From assembly GCA_030295235.1 (NCBI GenBank), contig AP026144.1:806001-870000 (forward strand): DNA of 64,000 bases, given 5' to 3'. The notes under the pieces are model-generated. The model saw nothing but the letters and a program-made list of their open reading frames with translations, was not told the origin of the DNA and made no database searches. This stretch comes from Fistulifera solaris. Lineage: Eukaryota. A program made the translations under genes and the position numbers. Below are positions 21,945-33,507 of the stretch, in pieces (within the stretch, counting starts at the first letter, position 1; every line of letters begins with the position of its first letter).

Positions 21945-23123
21945 GATGAAAATGATAATAATAATGATGATAATGATGATGAGAGAGAAAGAATGGAAGG
22001 ATTTGCGATTCCTTTGTAGAGTGTCGTTTTGGGAAGAAAATGCAATCCTCCTTGTGCGATGAGAATCGGTTTCAGTTTCAGCGAGGCGATCCAATGACTT
22101 CTTACTAATTTACTCACTCGTGTGCCGGACTACTCTTTGCAACTAGAGCCAAGAACGATTCCACTAAGCACGTATCGTGCTATAGAACTTACTTAGGCTA
22201 TTTTTCTCAAAGAGTCGTTGGTGACCTACTACCGTACAAGAGAAAGAATGAATTTATGGAAAACGTGTTATTCGTTCGTTGTTCTTTGCCACGTAGTACT
22301 TACGTACTCCAAGTAGTACAAGTACAAGTACTTCAACTGCAACCTTTCGGATGCCGGGAAAAGGAAAAACGAGATCATGATGTCAGTCCCGCCCGCCCTC
22401 TACGAAAACAATGATCTGAACACCGTTTTCGTATCCACATGACCTCATTTTGACGTTCCTTACGACAACATTGAGAATGGTTGACGCAAGGGGGCATCAT
22501 CGAATCAGATCAACGGGAACTTTTTCCCATGGATCTGTCGGAACGGTCTCACGGCTTCTAACGTTTCTCGTTGCTGGAATAAATAATGAGGGACACAGGG
22601 GGACAGCTGACAGTGACAGCTCGTAGAAACAAGAAAAACCGCAGAAAGGGAACAAGTAACCGGGAATTTTTCGCTCATGCATAGGTCGACCTCGTTGCTG
22701 GGGAAACACAGCCACGTTAAGGTCACCTAGAAAAAAAACAGTGTGCTAGGGTATAGAATCAATTTAGAATCCGTGCCATAAAATCGTAATGTGAAGGACG
22801 ACTATTCGCCGTCAACGCTATTTTTGTAACAATGTGCGACGATTGAGTCGAGAACGTCGTCCTATTGTTGCAAACATCGGAGATCCTGTTCGAGAACGAT
22901 CACTCGAAAGTATTGTATTTGCGAGAAAGTTGACCATGACTAAACAAAATGAGATTATATTCCAAATCCTATATCCAAGACTGTACATATAATTCTGGTA
23001 GAGAGTCGACAATATCCGCCGTCGAATGCCACGTCTCACGGAGCGACTAATGCAAAGGAACGAATGTCATTGAATTGCTGTGTCTATTATTAAATTGCAA
23101 GACGTAGTGGATCGACAATAATT

Positions 23124-25695
23124 CTATTGTTTCTCAAGTTGCTGCCAATTGTCTTGAGCGGTTTTCCACAATTGTGCCACAAACTTATTTCCCAAGGTAC
23201 CCATCCAAGGGACGTATTTCGGAGCCGATTCGCGCAATTCTTTCAAAATAAGTGCAGTTTGTTCGAGTTCGAGTGATCGGGGTGTGGAAGATAACGGTGG
23301 TTGTTGCTCTTGAGCCATTTCGAACAAGGTACTTGCCAAAGTTTGTGCTTGTTCTTCAGACGGCGTCTTTTGTAACAATCTCTGCAAAGGTTTCTCCAAC
23401 GGCAACTCGATTTCCTTGGGTAAGGACAACAGTTCCCGTACGCGACTCGGCAACAACAAATTTTGTTGCAACAAGTCTTTGACTTGCGCCGATGCGGCCA
23501 AGGCACCTTCTTCCAATAAAATGGTTTGCAACAAATTACCCTGGGGGTTCAACAAAATGTCGGCACCGTCTTTCAATAGAGCAATGGTCGCTGCGGTATT
23601 GTCTTTGGCACTCGTATTCACCGTCTTGGTGTTGGTGGCTTTGTACGAAGTGATTCCTTGTGCTAAATCTTGCAATCGTTTCGCCCGGGTGTTGTCCATG
23701 CTACCGTATAACAATTCCTGCAAGGCCCGTTTGGCCCGAGGATCTTCATCAGCCACCAGTCGTTGCGCGACGTACGGAAAACACGATTGGATCAACGAGT
23801 ACGACGGATCGGCTTGCAAGCTGACACCCTCCAAGGTCAAAAAGGCCCGGGAGGTGTACACGAACCACTCTGGGATTTGAAACGAATCTCGATTCTGTTC
23901 TTGTAAATCTTCCACTTGCATCGTAATGCCGGTGGCAATACTTTCTCGTTGCACAATGTCTTGCATTCGCGATTTCATTTCGCTGCGCATTTCGAGACGC
24001 AACTCGTCATCGGACAAACCCGGAAATTTGGCACGATATTCGTCAAAGATGCGTTCACGGACTTGATCGGCACCACCCCCTTTTCCCGCCTGTTTCAAAA
24101 AGTATTTCAAGGGTTCTAATACGCCACTCCGTTGGGCGAATTCTAATTTTTCCGGTTTCAAAAATCCCAATTGACACAGATCTTGAGGCAATGAATCGTA
24201 TTGTTCGGCTGTCAAATGTGCCACAAATTCCAGTAGACGGTACTGTAGATTGGAGTCGATGGGTAACGTCATGCCAAAATCGAGAATACACAGTTTGTTG
24301 TCGTTGGACGATATTAACAAATTTCCGGCTTTGAATGTTCGGGAACGAGGAGAAAAGACAAGACCGTGAGAACGCAATATCCGAGTAACGATCGTACATC
24401 ACCTTCACACTACACGTACGATGCGGATCACAATGCAACTGCTGCAATTCCAGCAACATGATCAAATACGCATTCAATGCGACCGAACAATATTGTGGAA
24501 CCATTTTAGGATCATCAATTTGATCCAATCGTTTCCCAAAGACCCATTCCGTCATGAGCACACGTTCCGAGTACCACACGACCTTTGGTGCCATCAATAC
24601 CTTGTCCAATTGCCGTTCCTGCATCGCCTGATTGAATTGCATCGTCGTTCGTGCTTCTTGTCGATAATCCAATTCGGCAATAAAGCCACGTCCCCATTCT
24701 TGTATCAGGGGTTGTAAATTGGAATTGGCGTTTGCCGGAATACTTTGATACAATGGCAACAAGATATTTTGCACAATATACAAATCGAGCGCGATTTCCG
24801 CCAGCACATTCGGTCGTTGCAATTTGATGGCTACCGTTTGTCCCGTTTCGGGAATGGTGCCTTGATAGACTTGTCCAATACTCGCACTCGCCATGGGCGG
24901 TTGATCGAAATTGACTTTGACGTTGGGTGGAACTTGGTCTGCAGTATATTGTTCCCACACTGGCTGTGCATTCGGAAACGGCGGGACCGCATCTTGCAAA
25001 GTCGCCAATGCCTGAGCATAATCCGAAGCAATCAAATCGGGCCGCACACTGAGCGCTTGTCCAATCTTGATGGCCGTCGGTCCCAATTGTTGGACAATCG
25101 ACAACAATTCGTTCGCGCGTTGTTTCTGTATAGCCGGATTGTTGGTATTTTGTTTCATAATGTACTTATCCCAAATGAGTACTTTCCAAATGAAACTATT
25201 CGACAATCGAAACAATTGCAACAATCGTTGTAACACGACGAATGGTGCCTGTTGGGGATAATACAGTTGGGCGGCTATCGGATCGTACTGTCCTCTTGCG
25301 TACGGTTCTTTGTTTTGTCGATAATCGGGTGCCGGAAAGGAGAGTGTATACAACAACGAAAGTGTCGAGAGGATGGTAACAACCGCCCAAACGAAAGGTG
25401 ATGCAGAGAACAAGGATGGCGGTGTCCACCCGGCAACGGGCAAATGATGGCTGAACCAGGAAACGAAAACTTGTTGTTTCATCGAAAACAACAACTCATT
25501 GCTCGTTGACTCTCCCCAAAGAGGTGATACAGTTGTTTCTTGTAAACGATTCGTTAAACGTTCCCAGGCTTCACTCGTTGTAGTTGTAGCGCGTAACTGT
25601 GTTGTAGGTCGTCGAATGGCCGATGAGGAAGGAACCAAGGCGTCTCCGTGTCGCTGCAACACAATGAGTATGGTGGTAATCGCCAAGTGTCTCAT
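23124..25695 (-). CDS. ABC1/UbiB atypical kinase, probably plastid-targeted; intron 24329-24419
   Basis: LGPTAIKIGQALS, LQD, ASASIGQVY, VAIKLQRP, ELDY. Splicing restores HCDPHPGNLL; LDFGM present; signal peptide ends GDA-L. Confidence 0.92.
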
Positions 25696-26685
25696 GACGG
25701 TTCAATCTTGCTGTTTATAGTAATACTGGCTTAGTAAACCTTTCACAACTCACAACACATAAGATGGTTGGATTGTATTATTTGTACTTGTAGTTGCCTG
25801 TGATAGGTGTTTGCTCGTCTGCTTTGTTGGCTTTCTCGTTCGATCGTTCTTTATATTTTTTAAGCAATCAAAAGCCATTGGCATTCTCAAGAGTGACGTT
25901 CCCATACAGCTTAGCTTTATAGTCGAATTCTACGCCACGTCGGAGAGCAACTCATCAGTTCCGCCGTGCGCCTGTGTCAGAGCTTGGTCTGTACGTATTT
26001 CCGAAGAGAATGACATGATTTAGACGGGACTGGATCGCCGGTTCCTTTTTATTCCTCTGATGGTCCTATTGATCACACTGCAAGCATTTCCTTGTTGCAT
26101 AGAAAAGATCACCAACAACTTTGACTACTACAGCTGCTTGAGTAATAGAACGAGAGAGATATACTGTCAGTGGATCGGGATTATTATGTTGTGGATTGGT
26201 GTGATGAATTCAATTGTTTGCAGTCACTAACATGGCCTCAAGACTCAACATTTGGTTAAGAGTTACTAACATGAACCTATGAACCTTTAGAGACTTCTGA
26301 CAATTCGTTTAGGCTACTCGGCTGGCGAATCATTTCCTTGTTATATAGTTTGGGCGATCCTTGATCCTTGATTGTCCTCTTCGTCTGTCCGTCCTACCAC
26401 TCGGGAATGGCGGCCGCGACTTAATTTTCCTCCGTTCGATCGTCTCGCGTTTTCTTTTTTTTTTTCTCTCTCGTTTTTTTTAGCAAAACAACTTTTCGTC
26501 CACAATAATAACAATTAACAATAATAATAAGCTGAAAAGGACATTCATATTTCCTACTGCGTCGCAAGTAAAACACAGCCTAACCAGATTTCAGAAAAGT
26601 AACAGCGACCTCAACACAAGGGCTCTTCCGCGAAAATGCTTCACAAAAGGACCGCTTTCTCGTTTCGTCGACTTTCACTAGCATC

Positions 26686-27708
26686 ATGTTGGTCTTATCA
26701 TCACTTTCTCGAGTTCATTCCTTCATCATTACTCCATCAATGACAACACCTTTTAAGAATCGAGGCTTGTTTCGATTACTGGCTACATCTTCTCCTTCTT
26801 CGTCGACTACAACTATTACAAACAACAATGAATTAGAATGGGAAACCTTTGAATTCAGTCGCAAACCGAAATCGGATGCACGCTTTTTCCAACAAAACGC
26901 AGACGATGAAGATAAACAACAATCACAAAACAACAGCAATCCTTCGATAAATAAACAACAATTATGGCAATCACTTTCTTTGACACAAGTCCAAAACTCC
27001 ATTGCCACTTTGTTGCCGTACGTACGACCCGCCCGCGTTGAACGCATTCAATCCGTCTTGGCAAAAGGACCCAAAATGTTCGTTTCTTGTTTGAAAATCC
27101 CGCCAATCCCTCCAATGTCTTTTGCCTGTTTGCGGACGTTGGATTCCTTCGGCATCCAATACGCCGATGTATTCTTACAGCCGTCTCTGTATCAAGGAAC
27201 CATGGCATTGTCACAAAAGAAGGGTGTCAAAACGGCCATGGGGAGTGCGCAATGGATGACCTTGCAACAATACATTATTCAACAAGATGCGACTTTAACT
27301 TCGACACTTGAAAAGTACAAACAACAACACAACTGTCGCATCTACGCTTCCTGTTTGTCACCGGACGCGAAAGATATTCGTGAGATTGTGTGGCCTTCCG
27401 ATCAAACGATCTGTATTGTCATGGGCAATGAAGAACGTGGAATTACGACCGAAATGAGGCATGCCGCCGATGAACTCTTTACGCTGCCGATGGTGGGATT
27501 TGCGGAATCCTTCAATTTATCGGTGGCGACCGCGATTGCGTGTGCGCATTTGAGTACCCAACCCAATCTGTTGCGTCCCAATTTGAGTGAACACCAACAA
27601 CAATTGTTGTTACTGCAAGGATTGATTCATTCGATTCCCCAAAAACGCATGAGTAAGGCCTTGTTGAAACAAGCGGGCATTGAATTGCCGCATGATTTGT
27701 TGGGATAA
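26686..27708 (+). CDS. SpoU/TrmH-family RNA 2'-O-methyltransferase, probably plastid-targeted; compensating frameshifts at 27063-27066 and 27120-27123
   Basis: Motif 1 ENPANPSNVFACLRT (partly in an alternate frame), motif 2 IVMGNEERGI, motif 3 LPMVGFAESFNLSVA; HS-F cleavage site. Confidence 0.9.
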   Translation: MLVLSSLSRVHSFIITPSMTTPFKNRGLFRLLATSSPSSSTTTITNNNELEWETFEFSRKPKSDARFFQQNADDEDKQQSQNNSNPSINKQQLWQSLSLTQVQNSIATLLPYVRPARVERIQSVLAKGPKMFVSCLKIPPIPPMSFACLRTLDSFGIQYADVFLQPSLYQGTMALSQKKGVKTAMGSAQWMTLQQYIIQQDATLTSTLEKYKQQHNCRIYASCLSPDAKDIREIVWPSDQTICIVMGNEERGITTEMRHAADELFTLPMVGFAESFNLSVATAIACAHLSTQPNLLRPNLSEHQQQLLLLQGLIHSIPQKRMSKALLKQAGIELPHDLLG

Positions 27709-27803
27709 CCCATAGTGCAATCATAATTTTAGAAAAATGAGTATAGTATAACAAGCTAACAAGGTTCAAATTAAAATGACAAGCAAACAATACTCTATTT
27801 TTC

Positions 27804-30215
27804 CTAACTTCGTTCCTTCATGGTTTCAAAGTGCGGAATCACGATCCCCAAACGTTGAGCAAGTACTGCCATTTCCGGATCCATCGGTGGTGGGCCACAA
27901 TACGTCGGAAGTATCGGTTGACCCCGAGCGTTTCGAGGAAACAAGGCGTCGCCCCAGGGTAGTTCTGGAATGCGAGTGTTGGCAGCCGTGTGTGTTTCCT
28001 CTTCCATACTCGACGTTCTGTTCACCAAAGTTCCGACCGATGGTAGTTTCTTTCTCCGTCTTTGTCCCGACGAAGAATGCGGATTCCATATTAAACGACG
28101 TGTCGGTGGAGGTGGTGCTAGAGGAATGTCGGAACGCTCCAAATGAACGGGGAGATCAGCGTTTGCTAATGTCACTTGCTGTGCCTGTTGACGTGCCTTC
28201 CACCATTGCTCCAATTCGGTCGCAGCCTCTTGCAATGTTGCGGGATCGTAAACATTCTCCTCATCCTCATCAGTCATCGGAGAATTGTGCGCCTGCAGCG
28301 ACTGTGCCAGACCAATCGCTTCGCGCAAGGCAGACTGTGCTATTTCATAATACGATTGCGACACCGTGGTCGATTCATGTCGGTTGCTGTGTTCCTGATG
28401 TAGTGCTTGACGGAACATATCCGCACATACCACGCATGCCATGATGCATTCCTCTACTAATGCACGATAGTGTTCATTGTCCTCCTGCTTGGCGCCCTGA
28501 AGTTTGAATAAACACGAGGCCGCATCCTTCCAACAAGATTGTGCCTTTTCCCGACGGTGCAAATGCCAATGGGCTACACCACGCCAACGCATTGTCAACG
28601 AATACAATTGCCACGCTTGCAGTTCGTGCTGTAACAATGATTCCTCCTTCGACGGCATTTGTTGTTGAATCATTTGCAGCAACTGATCCACCGCGGTCGT
28701 TGGCAATTGCTGAACGGCGGCACGATATTTCTGTTGTTCCACCAAGACAATTCCCATATTCGTTTGAGCTTGTCCCAATACCAGGCATAAAACTCGTTGA
28801 TAAAAAGTCTCGGTCTCCTGCAAACTGCTTTGCGATTGAACGATCATGGTGTGTGCCAACTGAAACATTCGATACGCTTGTTGGAGGTGAAATTCCTGAC
28901 GCTTATTCGCCGGATACCACAACGACTGATTTCCCACGTCCATGGCGAGTTGACGGACATGTTCTCGCGCATTCCACAACAAATCATCGTCGTCGGCTTG
29001 ATGTTGTAATAAATGTTCCAAGACTTGCCGCGATCGTTGCAATCGCACTTTGGTCAGTTCCAAGCGTTCTTCCGCGTCTTCGTAGTCTTCTTCCAACACA
29101 CGGCGATCCTGATCAATCCGTTCTCCTTCGCGACGCGTTTGTTGTTCTTCGGCTTGCACAAAATCATGCGAGGCTTCCAATTGTGTCACATTGACTCCAA
29201 ATTGTTGTTTCAATTCCCGAATCGATGTTTCTGGATCGCCGGGTGATGACGAAGTGTCTTGGTGGTGAATGCGGACTTTCAAGGCATTTGTGGGTTCGTC
29301 CTTTTCTTCTTCTTCTTCATCTTCTTCTTCCTCGAGAACGATGCGTCGTCGTTTCGTCTTGGTAGCGTTGTTGCTTTTGTTGACGGCGATGGACTTACAC
29401 CACGTCCGGAACGCGGGTTCCCAATCCTGCGGTGTTTGCCACTGCAAGGGCAATACCTCTTCATTGGACTGCTGCAGACGCTGCCAATGATAGGTTGTGC
29501 CGTGCCATTTCACTTTCAATTGTTCCAATTTATCGGTAAATACCATTTTTTGTACGTGAGCTTGACAGTGGTGTTGCAACTGATCTGGTAAGAGGCGAGT
29601 TTGCCATTCCATAAAACGTTGTTGCAATTGTTGTTGTTCATGTTCCAATTGATTCCAAAATTGCTCCAGAATCGGAAATCGTTCGAGCGTACATTCCCAC
29701 CACCATTGGGGGGACGATTTATTGTGTATCGCCTTATTGTAACGCACCACTAAACCATTCGTCGGATCATTCCATTCATCCCAACTGGTACCATTATAAA
29801 TGCCTTGATGATGATACGTATGAGACGATTGTGGTAAATGACTCGGAAAGGGATATGTACTACGTTGATCTTTTTTACTACGACATTCTCCCGAAATAGT
29901 AAAAATCAATCCATCGTGCAATCGGACAAGATAATAAAACAATTGTGGTAACCAGTGATTAAGTTGTGTTGAATCATCATGTTGCAGCATTTGTGGGAAT
30001 ATGGTATATTGCAAACAATCTAATCCAGCGTATAACGCTTGATGCAATTGAGGTAAAGTGCGACAACAGTGCACCATGTGGTGTTGCAGTGCGGCCGGGC
30101 CCGGATGTTTTTGGAAGACAAGTTGCAAGGCTGCTACGGCGGAATCGATCATATCACACGACAACAATCGTCGTGGATTGTTATTATTATTGTTATTATT
30201 ATTATGTGATGGCAT
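27804..30215 (-). CDS. Hypothetical 803-aa protein with coiled-coil and TPR-like helical repeats
   Basis: Long uninterrupted ORF; TPR-like segments GQAQTNMGIVLVEQQKYRAAV and RWRGVAHWHLHRREKAQSCW. Confidence 0.75.
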   Translation of the reverse strand: MPSHNNNNNNNNNPRRLLSCDMIDSAVAALQLVFQKHPGPAALQHHMVHCCRTLPQLHQALYAGLDCLQYTIFPQMLQHDDSTQLNHWLPQLFYYLVRLHDGLIFTISGECRSKKDQRSTYPFPSHLPQSSHTYHHQGIYNGTSWDEWNDPTNGLVVRYNKAIHNKSSPQWWWECTLERFPILEQFWNQLEHEQQQLQQRFMEWQTRLLPDQLQHHCQAHVQKMVFTDKLEQLKVKWHGTTYHWQRLQQSNEEVLPLQWQTPQDWEPAFRTWCKSIAVNKSNNATKTKRRRIVLEEEEDEEEEEKDEPTNALKVRIHHQDTSSSPGDPETSIRELKQQFGVNVTQLEASHDFVQAEEQQTRREGERIDQDRRVLEEDYEDAEERLELTKVRLQRSRQVLEHLLQHQADDDDLLWNAREHVRQLAMDVGNQSLWYPANKRQEFHLQQAYRMFQLAHTMIVQSQSSLQETETFYQRVLCLVLGQAQTNMGIVLVEQQKYRAAVQQLPTTAVDQLLQMIQQQMPSKEESLLQHELQAWQLYSLTMRWRGVAHWHLHRREKAQSCWKDAASCLFKLQGAKQEDNEHYRALVEECIMACVVCADMFRQALHQEHSNRHESTTVSQSYYEIAQSALREAIGLAQSLQAHNSPMTDEDEENVYDPATLQEAATELEQWWKARQQAQQVTLANADLPVHLERSDIPLAPPPPTRRLIWNPHSSSGQRRRKKLPSVGTLVNRTSSMEEETHTAANTRIPELPWGDALFPRNARGQPILPTYCGPPPMDPEMAVLAQRLGIVIPHFETMKERS

Positions 30216-30649
30216 ATTGTTGAGTGGAAGAAGAAGTGTAAGAATCGATTAAAGAATGAAGAATAGGAGAAAGAATGAAAGAAAGAAAGGAACGGCAATT
30301 ACAAGTATTTATAATATTACAATGAACAAGAAAATAAAAAAATACCGTAATAATCAATCATCATCGAATGGCGTGTGGCTTCCTTTTCGAATGCCCTGCT
30401 CTGACTTACAACGGAAATGGGGTTTCCGTTGAAAAATCCGTTGTGGACGTGACGCGCGCGAAGCGGACGGCGTAGAGACCAACAACTACAATAACAATAA
30501 CAATACCAGGTAACAATAACAAAAATGCGATGAGCCGTCCTATTACCTGTATTTTCCTTCCTTCCTTCATTCCTTCATTCGTTTCGTTTTTTTCAAATTC
30601 CATCCTTCTGAATACAATCAATCCTCTACTTTCATCGAACCAGCAAAGT

Positions 30650-32099
30650 ATGCTACAATCATCTTTACAACGATGGGCGTACGAAATCAGTCACAATTTC
30701 AATGTCGGTACGTTCGAAGAATCACAGATGTCCTTATTTGATTCATTAATAAAAAATAAATCATCCTCCTCTTCGTTTTACCTTTCTCACTTTCTTCGTC
30801 GACAACTCTAGAACAACTACTCCAAGAACAAGAAGATCGTGTGCAACAATTGGAATATAATCTACAACAGCAACAGCAACAACTACAACAGCAACAACTA
30901 CCATTCAAACATCGACTAGCGTCATTTCTCGAAATCGAACAAGAACAGCAACGAAAAATGGAAAGCATCATTCTGTTGTTGACACAACAACAACGAGCCG
31001 TAATGCAGAAAGAAACTACTACTTCTACGACGACGACGACAACCAGCAATCCTCTAACATTATCACGACCCAAACCGTGTCCCGAATCACTCCTCTATGA
31101 TTCCGTATTGCAAGATCAAAAGTTACAGCAAAAGAATAAGGAAGAGAAGGAAAATCATCGACATCAACATCGACATAAACACCGAAAGAGTAGTACTACA
31201 AAGTCATTCAAGACGCCATCGAAACAGGAAATAAAGACGACAGTAACAAAAAGGAGACTTCAAAGAACACCAATGGCAGGGAAGAAGAAACAAAAGAGAA
31301 TAGTGGTATAAAAACGACTCGGGAGGAAAGTACACTGCCGACTCGATCATCGACTGTGGACACGAAACGAGCTTCATCAATCCAAGTGGCGTTGCAACAA
31401 TTGGATGAATCCATGGCTTCACTCTTATTAACAAATCGATCGTCCTTGGTGGAACATCAACATTCGAAACAACAACAACAGCACAGTGCGGCTTCGCGTA
31501 CATCATCCACGCAATCATCATCATCATCATCGACATCGGAGGAGGCACCATCGACCGTTGTGGCGTCTCGCTGGAATGTGACCGAAGATGATTCGGCCCT
31601 CTATTGTCCTACCCTAGTGCCCGGTCATCAAAGCCAACCAAATGGTTCGGCAGTCCGACGACCTTCCAACATTCAAGTGGTGGAGGAGGATGAACGTAAC
31701 CATGGGCTGGACCTCCAATTGACGATCGATGAAGAAGACGATGACGATGATTATGACCACTTGCAACTATTGACCACGTGTGATTTGGATCAAAAGTATC
31801 ATCTCGAACCCGACGTGTCAAAGCCACACGGCTTTCGTGTCGTACCCAACGATAGTACGACGACTCCCAGGAATCAGACCACAACGGTCGCATGCACAAA
31901 AAGTACCGTCAAAACGACTAATTATCATCCGCCGACAACGACACATTCGAATGGATCGGCTCGCCAGACGACAGAACAACTTTCGTCCAATACACCGATG
32001 CGTTTGTTGCAACACGAAATGCAACAACACCATTCGGATGCTACGCTGTTGCTGCATCAAACTATATCATCTTCGCAGTTTCATTCTCACAACAGTCAT

Positions 32100-32131
<32 letters not shown>

Positions 32132-32495
32132 CGACGACGACGACGAGAATGCTTCACAAAGTACGCAGCATTCGTCGAGCACTTCGAACAACAATTGTTC
32201 GTTGTTTCAAGATACGTCGCAAGATCACACTCGATTGCCTCTCATTACGGAACAAGAATATAGTGCCGCACCCCGAATTGTACAAATGCAAATGAGTTGG
32301 GATGACATGAATCAAGCCATTGAAAAATGGAATCAAACCAATGTGGTGACGCCCATTCCGTATGAAGATGCCTTGGAAATATGGAACAGCGACGCGACAC
32401 CGAATCGCGTCGTTTTAATGAGTTTGTGTCATTTTCGACGACTGTGGTTGAAATCGCAAGAGGATGGAAAAATGTGGTTTGATGTTTGTTTGTGA
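30650..32495 (+). CDS. Ska1-like kinetochore protein; intron 30708-30811, frameshift near 31279-31281
   Basis: N-terminal coiled coil after splicing (FNV|EQLLQEQEDRVQQLE) and a long disordered linker. C-terminal LITEQEYSAAP...SWDDMNQAI...LMSLCHFRRL resembles the Ska1 microtubule-binding domain. Confidence 0.55.
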
Positions 32496-32614
32496 AACTA
32501 AACGAATAAAATTTATTTTGGCAATACAAATAATGACTAGATCAACATTCTTATTAAACTTTGGCCTCACGTCGAGAACTCATTACAAGCAACAGCGTTT
32601 CTTTTCTGCCCATC

Positions 32615-33507
32615 TCACACATCCGCCTTGCTGCGTTTCGCGGGAACCGTGGGAAGCGACAAGAACAAATCGCGTTTGCGTTGGGCAATTTCTTCGTCTG
32701 GAATAACCCCTTCAAACTCTTTGAGTAGTTCCAAATGTTCACGTACTTCTTGTACCGTCAATCGCTTTTCCTCTTCTTCTTCGACCACTACTTTCTTGGA
32801 AGGCGATGGCTTGATCACCGCCGAGTCGGGCACTTCACTGCGTTCCTTTTTGCGCAGTTCTTGCAAGTTTACCATCAAAACCGGGGCCGGAAAGTTCGTA
32901 TCGAGTTGATCTCCTTGATAGTACAGACGAAAGGTCAACATGACGTGATTATTGGCGTGTTCCCACATGGGTGGAGTCGGTCTACCACGGTGACTTCCAT
33001 CCGATCGAGATTCCTGTACGCGGAAAGAGAGACAGGGAGAGGGAAGTGTTTGAGTGCGCTGTAGAAAATTTGCAATATTCCGAAAGATTAAGTTTATACG
33101 TACAAACAAATAATGCGCCAATCGATCTACCGCTTCTTCGTGAGACCGTCCCGTTACCCAGAATGGTTTGATTTGTTGCGCCAATTGTTCCAATTCTTGT
33201 TGCAATCCCCGATGTCGGGTAATGGCGGCCGTCCCATCGAGAGGTGCTTGACTCGACATGGTCCGGTACATGATTTCCGCACTCTGATGCGGCAACAAGA
33301 CCCCTCGTCGACCAATTGCTTCAACAGATGAGTACACTGTTCGAGATACGCCGCTTTCCGCTGAAACGGACGCAAGGTATTCATGCAGGGTTCTACGCCC
33401 CGAAAGGCTTCGTACAAGACGACCGATTGCACACTACGACGCATTTGGTCGACATAGCCTCCGGGACCAAGAGCGTGTCGTAAACGAGAAATCCACGTGT
33501 CGGGCAT
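32615..33507 (-). CDS. Hypothetical protein with SHOCT-like C-terminus; frameshift at 33301-33304
   Basis: Adding one G joins LKQLVDEG to VLLPHQSAEIMY; C-terminus EVREHLELLKEFEGVIPDEEIAQRKRDLF. Confidence 0.65.

Noticed and set aside
21944..22094. Poly-Ile N-terminal extension of the cfa first exon
   Set aside because: It derives from an (ATC/ATT)n microsatellite, probably 5' UTR, and has no upstream ATG; ATG 21944 is the likelier start.
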